Source: Lentisphaeraceae bacterium (GTDB taxonomy: Bacteria; Verrucomicrobiota; Kiritimatiellia; RFP12; DVOR01). From it: a stretch of DNA of 64,000 nt. The first letter of the stretch is position 1. Each line of letters opens with the position of its first letter. Location: positions 3,909 through 67,908 of the forward strand of contig SFJE01000004.1 of the NCBI GenBank assembly GCA_004555175.1. The letters are read 5' to 3'. This document shows positions 44,185 through 53,371 of the stretch, piece by piece. A program made the position numbers and the translations under genes. The notes under the pieces are model-generated. The model worked only from the letters and a program-made list of their open reading frames with translations. It had not been told where the DNA came from and made no database searches.

Positions 44185-45255
44185 TTACTCCAAAACGAAG
44201 GTCAGTGCGAGCAAGGCGTAACTGGTGGAGAGCGCGGGGTCGCCTTCCCAGAAGCGGTTGCTCTCGTTGCGCCAGGCGCCATCGGCCTGCTGGCGCGCGA
44301 GCAGCTCCTTGGCCAACGCCTCGCGCCAATCCACGGTGGAGCCATCTTCCAACGGCAAGCGGTCAATCCCCGCTGCGCTTAGGGCGCGGGCTAAAATCTC
44401 GTAGTAGAAGTAGAGCCCTTGGTTCCCCTGCCCGGCGTTCTCCTTCAGCGTCCAATGCGCCCCCAGCCACTGGCAGGTGGAGCGCACCTTGGGGTCCTCG
44501 CGCGAGAGTTGGCAGTGGAGCATCGAGAGCAGCCCCGCGTAGGTCATCGACCCGTGCGAGCGCAGCGTGGAGACACCCCCGCGCGGCACTTCGCGGTTGT
44601 AGACGAAACTCCCGGCTGCCTCCCCCTCCTGCTCTTGCATCGAGAGGACATACTTCTTGGCCGCCTCCCAATTGATGTCCACCCGCTTCTGCTCCGCCGG
44701 CCGAGACTCCTCAACATCCTGCGTCAAGCGCATTGCATCCAGGGCATAGAAGGTGTTATTGAGGTCGGTATACGCCCTGGGCGAAGTCTTGTCGTAGCCA
44801 AAACCGCCCTCGTGCAGGCCCTCGGTCTCAATCTGCGTGGAGGCGATATAGGCGCGCGCTGCCAAGAGGACCTCGGTGTTCCGCGTCTTCCCGCCGGCTG
44901 CATGGAGCGCAGTCATACATAAGCAGGTGTTATAGTTGCCCAGACCGCCCCCGCGCCGCCCGGGAATCGGCACATAGAGCCCGCCATCGGGCTGTGCACA
45001 GGAGAGAATGTAGGCCTCGGCCTTCGTGGCCGCCTCGCTGTTCTCCGGCCGCGGTGCGCGCGCCATCGCCCACAATGCCAACGCGCTCAACCCCGGAAAA
45101 CGCTTGTCCGACCAATTTCCCTCGGCCGTCTGCGTCCCGCGCAGATAGGCAAAGCCCCGATCCATCGCCGAACGCACCTGCTCGCGCGTTCCCTCCGTGA
45201 GCGCCCAAAGCGGCATAACTACGGTCAGCAGCAAACTCAACAGCAACGATTTCAT
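44185..45255 (-). CDS. prenyltransferase/squalene-oxidase-repeat (terpene-cyclase-like beta-gamma-crystallin repeat) secreted protein
   Basis: Signal peptide MKSLLLSLLLTVVMPLWA and repeated QxxDGxW motifs (QTAEGNW, QPDGGLY, QADGAW). Confidence 0.7.
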   Translation of the reverse strand: MKSLLLSLLLTVVMPLWALTEGTREQVRSAMDRGFAYLRGTQTAEGNWSDKRFPGLSALALWAMARAPRPENSEAATKAEAYILSCAQPDGGLYVPIPGRRGGGLGNYNTCLCMTALHAAGGKTRNTEVLLAARAYIASTQIETEGLHEGGFGYDKTSPRAYTDLNNTFYALDAMRLTQDVEESRPAEQKRVDINWEAAKKYVLSMQEQEGEAAGSFVYNREVPRGGVSTLRSHGSMTYAGLLSMLHCQLSREDPKVRSTCQWLGAHWTLKENAGQGNQGLYFYYEILARALSAAGIDRLPLEDGSTVDWREALAKELLARQQADGAWRNESNRFWEGDPALSTSYALLALTFVLE

Positions 45256-45404
45256 ACCGACAGTGTAGCACACCCCGCGCGCCGGGGCAAGCCGCTCCGG
45301 GTCTCACCCTTATCCCGAAATATTCCGGGATAAGGGTGTGCAGAAGGAAAGGAACGGCGGCGCGGATTATCACGCGGCGCCGAGAGAACTAACCGCTCGG
45401 CGGA

Positions 45405-45470
45405 GCGCAACTAATAAGACCCCGTCTTATTGGCAACAAGACCCCGTCTTATTGGCAACAAGGCGGGGCC
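45405..45470. other. three consecutive short hairpins (taagaccccgtctta x2, aaggcggggcctt) downstream of recO; candidate terminator cluster
   Basis: Direct repeat aagaccccgtcttattggcaaca x2, then aaggcggggccttatt. Each is a 5-6-bp stem with a ccc/ggg loop followed by a T-rich tract. Confidence 0.4.
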
Positions 45471-45577
45471 TTATTCATTCAAGTCGCTCGGGAAGCGAGT
45501 TGAGACCCGGGTTGGTGCGTATTGGAGCTCGGCGTTGCGAAGGTTGGCCGCTGCGGCGTCCCGGGCTTGGGCTTCCC

Positions 45578-46405
45578 TTAGATGAGGAGGTCGAGGGCGG
45601 TACGGCGGGGGCCGGGGAGGAGATCGAGGTGAAGGTTGAGGAAGATGCCCAGGAAGCGGCGTAGACCAAAGATGCCAGGAAAGGGCTCCGGGCGCCCGAA
45701 GAGGTCGGTGCGCTGCGAGGTGCGGGCGCATTCGAGGGTCTGGACGATAGACGCTCGCGTGAACTGCATAAAGAGTTCGGGGATCTCTTGGTGGAGCGAG
45801 AGGGTCAGGGGCTTGGGCAGGCGGCTGGGACGGTGCTCGCAGCAGAAGTGCCCTTCTTCGACCGAGAAGGTGGCGTGCGGGGCGGGTGCGCAATGTTGGC
45901 AGGGGGTGAAGTCTGGCGCCACGCCCAGCTGCTGCAGGAGATTGCTCTCCAACCACAGGAGTAGGAGGGGAACTTCGCGTTCGGAGGCCGTGGGAAGCAC
46001 GTCTAGGAGGTCTTCGAGCACCTGAAAGAGGGCGGGCGAGGGGAGCCCCGGGCGGGTGGCACGCAGGGTTAGATCGCAGACATACGCTGCGGCAGTCGCC
46101 GCACGCCAATGGCGCCGCAGCGCTTCGCGCAAGGTCAGGGGCGTACACTCGCGAATATGGTGCGTGCCGCCGGCGCGGCTATGGGCGTAGAAGACGATTT
46201 CGCAGGTGTAGCCCACATCGTAGCGCCCCACAAAGCCGCTCTTGGGCCGCTGGGCCCCCTTGACGGGCGTAGTAAGCAGCCCATACTCGCGGGTGAACCA
46301 GGTGACCATTTGCGAGGTTTTGGAGAAGGGGCGCACGCACAGACAGATGGCCTCGTCCTTGAGTAGGAGGGCTTGTGGCGCAGGCGTCTCGGTGGCTTCA
46401 AGCAC
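45578..46405 (-). CDS. recO: DNA repair protein RecO
   Basis: N-terminal OB-fold consensus EAICLCVRPFSKTSQMVTWFTREYGLLTTPVKGAQRPKS. C-terminal zinc motif CQHC...CCEH. Probable GTG start overlapping the upstream stop (GTGCTTGA). Confidence 0.75.
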   Translation of the reverse strand: MLEATETPAPQALLLKDEAICLCVRPFSKTSQMVTWFTREYGLLTTPVKGAQRPKSGFVGRYDVGYTCEIVFYAHSRAGGTHHIRECTPLTLREALRRHWRAATAAAYVCDLTLRATRPGLPSPALFQVLEDLLDVLPTASEREVPLLLLWLESNLLQQLGVAPDFTPCQHCAPAPHATFSVEEGHFCCEHRPSRLPKPLTLSLHQEIPELFMQFTRASIVQTLECARTSQRTDLFGRPEPFPGIFGLRRFLGIFLNLHLDLLPGPRRTALDLLI

Positions 46406-47294
46406 GATAGGCTTCCAGCCAGGCAGCGAAGGCGCGATCGAGGTAATCCGGCGCGAAGGCCGAGGCGTGCGGCAGCAGGAAGCAGCGCGGCGCCTTGCGG
46501 AGCGGCCCATCGACGGGGTAGGGCTCTGCTTGCAGGACGTCGAGGAAGGCGGCATAAAGCTTCCGGGCCTCCAGTGCCTGGGCGAGCGCCTCCTCATCCA
46601 CCGCATTGCCGCGCCCGACATTGATGAGCACCGCGTGGGCGGGCAAGCGCGCGAGGGCGGCGGCATCGACGAGGTGATCTGTCTCGCGGGTGGCCGGCAG
46701 GGCCAGGATGAGCGCATCGGCCTGCGGCAGCAACTGCGGCAACTCCGGCAGGTTGGCGCGGCGCACGCCGTGGATGGTCACCCCAAGGGCCGAGAGCTTG
46801 CGCCCGATGGCTTGGCCGATATGGCCATAGCCCAAGATGACCGCAGTGCTGCCAGCGATGGTGGTCCGGTGGGGCGTGAACTCCGGCCACGGTTCGGCCT
46901 CCGTGCACAGCCCCAGCCCTGGGAGCAACCCGCGCCGTACGGCAAGGAGCATCCCCACCACGCTCTCGGCCATAATCTCGCCATGGAAGGTGCCGTGGGT
47001 CAAACGGATCCGGTCGGGCAGCTGTGCGCCGAGGAGTTCGCGTCCAGCCGCTGGGGTGGCAATCCACCGGAGGCGGTAGGTGAGCGGCAACCACGCCTCA
47101 CAGAAGCGGAAGGTGAGCACATAGGTGGCCTTGGAGAGGTTGCGCACAAAGGCCTCTTGGCTGTCGGCAAAGATGACCTCCAGCTCGGGTACTTTGGTCG
47201 CCCACCGCGCCACCTGTTCACGTGTGGCGGTGAACTCTGGCACCCCGCGTAGGGCCAGCCAGATAAGCAAAATGGGTTTGGAGGGCGCGTCCAT
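46398..47294 (-). CDS. D-isomer-specific 2-hydroxyacid dehydrogenase family protein
   Basis: NAD-binding GYGHIGQAIG. Catalytic region LINVGRGNAVDEEAL...HASA. Confidence 0.8.
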   Translation of the reverse strand: MDAPSKPILLIWLALRGVPEFTATREQVARWATKVPELEVIFADSQEAFVRNLSKATYVLTFRFCEAWLPLTYRLRWIATPAAGRELLGAQLPDRIRLTHGTFHGEIMAESVVGMLLAVRRGLLPGLGLCTEAEPWPEFTPHRTTIAGSTAVILGYGHIGQAIGRKLSALGVTIHGVRRANLPELPQLLPQADALILALPATRETDHLVDAAALARLPAHAVLINVGRGNAVDEEALAQALEARKLYAAFLDVLQAEPYPVDGPLRKAPRCFLLPHASAFAPDYLDRAFAAWLEAYRA

Positions 47295-47316
47295 AACGAT
47301 TCCTTTTGATTGCAGA

Positions 47317-48792
47317 CTACCGCTTTCGCCGTTGACGGGTGGAGGGAATGCCGAGGAGATCGCGGTATTTGGCCACGGTTCGGCGGGCTAAGGGAATGCC
47401 ACGCGCGGCCATGGCCTCCATAATGGCTTGGTCGGAGAGGGGCGCAGCGGGGTCCTCGGCGGCCACCAGCTCGCGGAGTGCCTGTTTGGCCTGCTGCTCC
47501 GAGACGCTCTCGCTGCCGGCCGCGGCCACGGGCAGCGCGCGCGTGAAGAAGGCTTTGAGCGGAATTGGCTTGCGGGCTGTGGCCACGCGAACGGATTTGT
47601 CTTTGATGGTGCGCGAGATGATGCTCTCATCATAGCCCACCGCTTGGGCGACTTCGCGCTGGAGGAGGGGCTTGAGGGTGCTTGCCTCGCCGCCGCTGGC
47701 CAAGAAGGCGCGCTGGTGGTTGAAGATGACCTGTGCCACGCGCCGGAGTGTATCGTTTCGCTCGTGATAGGCATCCACCAGCAGGCGCGCCGAGCGCTCT
47801 AGGTCGCTGATGCAGGCGCGCTCTTCGCGCGTCTTGGCCGCCTCGCGCGCAGCTTCAATGGCCGCTTCGTCCACGCGGAAACGCGGGAAGATGCGCTCAT
47901 CGCAGGAGGCCTTCCAAGAGCCATCGGCCATCGGTAGCGCCACCACTTCGGGTACCTCCAGATTCTCTTTTGGGGCAAAGGCGCGGCCGGGAAAGGGATT
48001 GAGCCCCTTGAGGAAGGCGAGCGCCTCGGCCAATTCCGCCGGCGTGCAGCGCAAGTCTTTGGCCAGGCGCTCGGGCGAGCGATCGAGGAGCGCATTGAGG
48101 TGGTGGCAGAGGCGGAGCTTGAGGGCGCGCTGCGTATCATAACCCGGTGCCGCTTGCACCTGCAGGGCGAGGCATTCGGCCAGTGACCGCGCACCCACGC
48201 CCACCGGATCGAGCGCTTGCACAGCGGCAATCGCGCGCGGCAAATCGGCCGACTCGGCAACTTCCGCGCGTCCTTGGCAGAGCTGCCACCAATCGGCCAG
48301 CAGCGCTTCGGAGGAGGTGCGCAGGTAGCCATCGCTATCAAGTGCATCGCAGACTAGGAGCGTGAGGTCGCGCTGCGCACCGGGATCAAGTGTCTCGAGG
48401 ATCTGCCGCTCCAGATGGCGATAGAGCGTCTCGGGTTCGGTTTGGGAGAGAAGGCGCCACTCGTGGCGACGGGCGGCCTCTACACGGTCGATAAAGTCGG
48501 TCTGCTCGCCATACCCCTCGCGTCCGCTCAACAGGTAATCGGGGTCATCGGCTTCGCCCGCATCGCCGGCGGCACGCTCGCGTAGGGCATCGAGCGACTC
48601 GGCTTCCAGGGCTGGCTCAAACTCCAAAAAGGGATTTTGCTCTGCGCGCTGACGCATCTCCATCTGCAGCGCCTGAATCGGCAGCGGCAACAACTTGAGG
48701 CGCTGTTGTGCCTGGATGGAAAGGACCTGCTCTTGGGCCTGCCGCTGTTGCAGCGAGGCGCCCAGATTCAGACCTGTTGCGAGTTCTGCCAA
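47317..48792 (-). CDS. rpoN: RNA polymerase sigma-54 factor
   Basis: C-terminal RpoN box ARRTVAKYRDLLGIPS and HTH. N-terminal Gln/Leu-rich activator-interacting region. Confidence 0.9.
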   Translation of the reverse strand: MAELATGLNLGASLQQRQAQEQVLSIQAQQRLKLLPLPIQALQMEMRQRAEQNPFLEFEPALEAESLDALRERAAGDAGEADDPDYLLSGREGYGEQTDFIDRVEAARRHEWRLLSQTEPETLYRHLERQILETLDPGAQRDLTLLVCDALDSDGYLRTSSEALLADWWQLCQGRAEVAESADLPRAIAAVQALDPVGVGARSLAECLALQVQAAPGYDTQRALKLRLCHHLNALLDRSPERLAKDLRCTPAELAEALAFLKGLNPFPGRAFAPKENLEVPEVVALPMADGSWKASCDERIFPRFRVDEAAIEAAREAAKTREERACISDLERSARLLVDAYHERNDTLRRVAQVIFNHQRAFLASGGEASTLKPLLQREVAQAVGYDESIISRTIKDKSVRVATARKPIPLKAFFTRALPVAAAGSESVSEQQAKQALRELVAAEDPAAPLSDQAIMEAMAARGIPLARRTVAKYRDLLGIPSTRQRRKR

Positions 48793-48809
48793 GGGCGAGG
48801 GGTCCTAAT

Positions 48810-49361
48810 CTAGAGCAATGCGTCCTGCCACACCTGCGCCACGGCTGCTGCCGGTCGGAGCGCCTCGGCAATTGCCCGGGCAAAGGCGGCAAAGGCCCCC
48901 GGCCCCGCCCCAGTGATCAAGTTTCCGCTGACTACCGCCGGTGCATCGGTATAGGCCGCCCCCAACTCAGCAATGAAGTTCGGCGCCGGATAACAGGTGG
49001 CCTGCCGCCCGGCGGTCAACACGCCAGCTCGCGGCAGGACCAACGCCGGCGCTGCACAAATCGCGCAAATCCACTTTCCCTGTGCATTGAGTGCACGTAA
49101 CCACGCCTCCACCTCCGCCGAGGCCGCTAGGGCCGTCGCCCCGCCCATGCCACCAGGGAGAATGACCCCTTCCACGCGCTCAGGCGTCCACGCTCCCGGG
49201 AAGGCCCCATCGGCTTGAACGGTGATGCCATGCGCGCCCCGCACCATTGTGCCCTCGGCCAAGGAGGCTGTCTGCACCTCCACCCCCGCGCGGCGCAACA
49301 GGTCCAGCGTTCCAAGCGCTTCGATTTCCTCAAATCCGTCTGCCAATAACATCAAAAGCAT
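48810..49361 (-). CDS. DJ-1/PfpI family protein
   Basis: 183 aa with nucleophile elbow ICAICAAP. Confidence 0.8.
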   Translation of the reverse strand: MLLMLLADGFEEIEALGTLDLLRRAGVEVQTASLAEGTMVRGAHGITVQADGAFPGAWTPERVEGVILPGGMGGATALAASAEVEAWLRALNAQGKWICAICAAPALVLPRAGVLTAGRQATCYPAPNFIAELGAAYTDAPAVVSGNLITGAGPGAFAAFARAIAEALRPAAAVAQVWQDALL

Positions 49362-49414
49362 AGGTCATCCTCCATAAGAGCCGCAGTTGCGCCCCCAGTA
49401 TAGCAAAACTTAGG

Positions 49415-49449
49415 GATGGCAGATGGCGGATGACAGATGACAGATGGCA
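49415..49449. repeat. GATGRCR heptamer tandem array (5 units), same family as the CTGTCAT arrays
   Basis: gatggcagatggcggatgacagatgacagatggca, upstream of the DJ-1 gene. Confidence 0.7.
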
Positions 49450-49459
49450 AAGGCGGGAA

Positions 49460-52204
49460 TTATTGCACGCGGATGCGGAAGAGCCGCTGCTTGGCGTCAA
49501 CTGTGGGTAGGCGAAGACGAGCTGCTGCGCCAGAGAGTTCCACGCTCGGAGCCTCCTCGGTGGCATTGCCGGCCATATCCACGAGGCGGAAGGTCGCTTT
49601 TGGTGTAAAGGCAACCGGCAGGGCAGAGGCGACCTCCGCCTCCACCTCTAAAGCGCCATCTTCCCCAATGGCCAGATGCGTCACCTTGAGTTCGGGCTTC
49701 GCTATGGCCACCCACCCAGTCTGCGGGGGCGTGTCCGCGCCGGGATTCCAGGTGAGCATGCCCAGCCCCATCGCCTCACGGTTCTGCGGGGTCGTCCAAA
49801 TGCTGCCAGCTTCTGGCAAGCGTACCGCTGGAAAGACGGGTGAGAGCACCGTAGGGAGCGCCGCTCCAGCCGCGGGCGCCAGCGTGCCCTGCCCGGCGAG
49901 CACCAATGCCATTTTCGGCGGCACGTCCACCGGGAGCTCCAGCGCGCCGGTTGCCGGCAACTGGCGCCGCACGGGCACTGCGTCCGCCGCCACTTGATGG
50001 AGGCGAAAGAGCGCTTCGGCCTCAATGCCCGCTTCGGCCGTAAAGGCTAACGCTTCATCCAGATAGAGGGTTCCGGCGTTGGCCCAGCCATACTGTTCGT
50101 TTGCAGATTTTCCGCCAAAGACAACCGTTATCTTCCCCTGACCAAGCGTGGGCAAGGTGGCCTTTGCTTCGCCATTGAGGTAGAGTTCGCACGCTTCGGG
50201 CGTAAGTTTGAGTGCCACATGGTGCCAGGTGGCGAGCGGTACGGCCACGGCCCCCTTGAGCTTACCATCCAAGTCGAGCGTCCACCCCTGGTCCAGCCGC
50301 CGCTGCAGGGAGAGCGTTCCGGCTGGCCCCTGAATGGACGCCACCACGCCGAAGTCTTCATCATTCTCAAAGCCGGATTCGTGGCGCACATGGAAGGTTA
50401 GCCAACAGGGCTTCTCCCCTGTCGAGAAGGTGCGAACAATCGGCGTGCCCTGCGAGGTGGGGGCGAGGGCGTAGCCCTTGACAGCCACCGTGGCACTGCC
50501 GCTCTCAAAGGCTTCGCGCATCAGGGCGGGGTCGACTGTCGGCACGGGGGTCGCCTCGTTGGCGGTCGCTTCGCGCCAGGTCGCGACAAAGGTTGTTCCT
50601 TGCCAGGCTGAGGTCACGAGCTCCGAGCCCGCCACAGCGCTTCCATCCGCATGCGTCCAGCCCACGAAAACCTGCCCCACGCGCGCCATCGCCGGGGCCA
50701 CTTCATCCAGACGCATCCCGCACAGTCCGCTCCGCACCTCGGACTTCTCCCCATCTACAAAGGTCATCTGCACGGGCGTCAGTGCCGCGGCCGGCCGATC
50801 GCGCAAGGGTCTCAACGCCGGATCGCCAAAGTAGGTAGTTCCCATCAGGATTGAGCGCTCGTCGAAACTTCCCTCACGCTTCGCGCGTTCGATGAAGCCT
50901 AACTTGTGCGCATTAAAGCATTCGCCCAGACTTTTCCCGCCTCGCGCCCAGTGTTCTGCGAAGGCTGCTAGGTATTCATAGGATTTCCCGCCGATGCCGC
51001 CAATGCCATCGGTTCGCCAGCCCTCGCGCGTGGAGGCAATGTAGACCAAACCGCCGCTCTCCGCGCCGCCAAGCAGGGTATGTTCGGCTAAGGCATAACA
51101 TTGCCACGTGCCATCGAAGGCGCCGGCATCCGGCAGGGCCATTCCGGTGTTTTTGCCCTCATTGGCCAGGGAGAGCTCATCGAATTGTGCGGTGTTGCAC
51201 CCCACGGTGTAGACGATGCCCCAGGCGTTGCCAGGCTGCGACGAAGCTAGCGGCGTCAGACGCCCCACACCGGCGGGCAGCCCGTGCGAGGAGATGGCCA
51301 CGAACTCCGGCCGCTGGGCGAGGTAGCGATTGAAGTCCGCCGGGCGGTCAATCGAGAGCGCGGAGGTAAAGCTGGTGCGCGTCTCGGGGTCGCCACAGGC
51401 ATTGGGGAAACAGAGATCGATGGAGACTTCAGGCCGCGCGGGTAGCATCCGCGAGAGGGCGATATTGCGCAGCCACAGCTCTGAATCGCTGGCCCCTGCC
51501 GGGTGACCAGCCTCCCCAATCCACGGATAGCCATCTGAGCGCGTGTTATCGGCCTTGCTCCAATCGGCAATCGCGGTGGTCGACATCGCCAATCCATTCA
51601 GCAGCACATGGTCTGCCTTCAGCGCCGCCGGCGAGGTGGGGCATCCATACCGCTGCAATCGGCGAACATAGCGCTTGACCGAGGCCACATCCACTGCTGG
51701 AATCCGCCCCACCGCCACCTCCGCCGTCAAGTCGAGCTCCGCCACGCTCTGGTAGCCGCAAAATCCTGTCTCCGTCTGCGGCCAAGGCGCACCCTCCAAG
51801 CAGGCGTAATACCAGTCTGAGGGCGTTCCCCGCTGTGCCGTCCACTGATTGGCGATGCCCGTAACCGGCGTCCACACACGCACTGGCGGAATCTCCTGGG
51901 CTCGGCCCCCTAACACCACAAACTGTGTCCCCGCCGTCTGGTAAGCGGCCTGAATCGCGCCGCGAATCCGCTCTTCCAGCCGCGCTTCTGTCCGCTCACG
52001 GTTGATTTCCTCCAGCGTGAGCAGGCGCGTCCGCAAGCCACCACCCTCAGGCGAGGCGCGAAAGGCGGCCAAGGCCTCAAAGCCCTCCCGCAGCGCCTCG
52101 GTCGTTACAATGAGATACTGCGCTTCCCCCGCCGTCCCCTCAACGGCTCGCGCAGGCCGTACACCCAAAATCAGCACCCCGAGCAATCCCCAGATTGCCG
52201 CCAT
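49460..52204 (-). CDS. secreted peptidase C25 (gingipain-like) family protein with C-terminal LamG-like/extra beta domains
   Basis: Signal peptide. AQYLIVTTEALREGFEALAAFR (C25 N-terminal signature). His block VAISSHGLP and Cys block IVYTVGCNTAQFD, spaced as in gingipains. Long C-terminal beta-rich extension. Confidence 0.65.
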   Translation of the reverse strand: MAAIWGLLGVLILGVRPARAVEGTAGEAQYLIVTTEALREGFEALAAFRASPEGGGLRTRLLTLEEINRERTEARLEERIRGAIQAAYQTAGTQFVVLGGRAQEIPPVRVWTPVTGIANQWTAQRGTPSDWYYACLEGAPWPQTETGFCGYQSVAELDLTAEVAVGRIPAVDVASVKRYVRRLQRYGCPTSPAALKADHVLLNGLAMSTTAIADWSKADNTRSDGYPWIGEAGHPAGASDSELWLRNIALSRMLPARPEVSIDLCFPNACGDPETRTSFTSALSIDRPADFNRYLAQRPEFVAISSHGLPAGVGRLTPLASSQPGNAWGIVYTVGCNTAQFDELSLANEGKNTGMALPDAGAFDGTWQCYALAEHTLLGGAESGGLVYIASTREGWRTDGIGGIGGKSYEYLAAFAEHWARGGKSLGECFNAHKLGFIERAKREGSFDERSILMGTTYFGDPALRPLRDRPAAALTPVQMTFVDGEKSEVRSGLCGMRLDEVAPAMARVGQVFVGWTHADGSAVAGSELVTSAWQGTTFVATWREATANEATPVPTVDPALMREAFESGSATVAVKGYALAPTSQGTPIVRTFSTGEKPCWLTFHVRHESGFENDEDFGVVASIQGPAGTLSLQRRLDQGWTLDLDGKLKGAVAVPLATWHHVALKLTPEACELYLNGEAKATLPTLGQGKITVVFGGKSANEQYGWANAGTLYLDEALAFTAEAGIEAEALFRLHQVAADAVPVRRQLPATGALELPVDVPPKMALVLAGQGTLAPAAGAALPTVLSPVFPAVRLPEAGSIWTTPQNREAMGLGMLTWNPGADTPPQTGWVAIAKPELKVTHLAIGEDGALEVEAEVASALPVAFTPKATFRLVDMAGNATEEAPSVELSGAAARLRLPTVDAKQRLFRIRVQ

Positions 52205-52306
52205 CCGTCCCCGTTGCCACGCCAATAAGAACCAAAACATGGCGCGCATTATACCGGCCTAGCCCCCGTCAGGTCAACCGCGTCCCGTGCATTGCAAGCG
52301 CGCGGA

Positions 52307-53287
52307 TTAGAAGTGACAGAGGGGGCGGCAATGATGCGCTAGGAGCCACAGCCGAAGGCGCCAAGAGTGGGGCCAGGGGATGGCAGCACCCAATAAGCGT
52401 TTCGCAAAGGCAATCATAACGGACTCCTTCACTTGGCCTGGGTGGTGTAAATAATGACGCAGGGCCACACGCGCCATCCACTTGCCCGGGCGCAACAACG
52501 CCTTTAAGTAGGCGCTGCGCACACACGCGGGGCATGGCAACGCAGCGGTAGCCGCCAAGGCCGTAGAATAACCCGTTAGCCAAGTTTCAGAGCAGGTGCC
52601 GGAGGAACCAGAAACATGCCCCACGCGCCAGCCATAGGTGACCTCCCCTAGCAAATAGGCGTGTGTAACGGCAAAGTGGGTCAATGGCGTGTAGTAGGTG
52701 TCATCCCCATAGCGAACGGGCAGGAAACGCATCTGAGCAAAGGTGGCGTAGTCGTAGAGCTTATTCCAGCTGGGGAAGGGAACGCGCCCAGAGAAGACAT
52801 TATTAATCGCACCGACCACTTCTCTTGCCCACACCTCATCGGCCAAGGTTTCATCCGCCTGCGGTGCAGGTAATGTGGGCAAGGCGTGCTCAAAGGGCAC
52901 CATACGCCCAATCACCAACTTGGCGCCACTGGTCTCGCGCCCTGCCCACAATGCCGCTAGGGCCCGTGGCAGAAGGAGATCATCCTGATCCACATGTATA
53001 AAGGCTTCGCCGTTGACCGCTGCCAACGCGCGATTACGTCCAGCGCAAATTCCCCCATTGCGCTGGCAAATGACGCGGAAGCGAGCATCTGCGCGCACCT
53101 GCGCCACGCACATCTCTTGCGAACCATCCTTGGCGCCATCATCCACGCAGATACACTCCCAGGCGGAGAATGTTTGCGCTTGGATGCTCTCAAGCAAAGA
53201 TGTGAGGAAGGACCCTGCGCCATTATAGACGGGGCAGCAGACTGAAATCTTGACCTTCTCGTTCATTCGTTCTTCGTTCTCTTTCAA
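52307..53287 (-). CDS. family 2 glycosyltransferase
   Basis: CPVYNG...DDGAKDGS (DxD region) and DQDD motif. Confidence 0.8.
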   Translation of the reverse strand: MKENEERMNEKVKISVCCPVYNGAGSFLTSLLESIQAQTFSAWECICVDDGAKDGSQEMCVAQVRADARFRVICQRNGGICAGRNRALAAVNGEAFIHVDQDDLLLPRALAALWAGRETSGAKLVIGRMVPFEHALPTLPAPQADETLADEVWAREVVGAINNVFSGRVPFPSWNKLYDYATFAQMRFLPVRYGDDTYYTPLTHFAVTHAYLLGEVTYGWRVGHVSGSSGTCSETWLTGYSTALAATAALPCPACVRSAYLKALLRPGKWMARVALRHYLHHPGQVKESVMIAFAKRLLGAAIPWPHSWRLRLWLLAHHCRPLCHF

Positions 53288-53371
53288 GCGCCATCTCTAC
53301 CCAAGGGCCTACAAGTGGACACAAGGTATGCTCGATTGTAGCAGATTTTTCGCTTTGGCGCGTAGGGAGGG

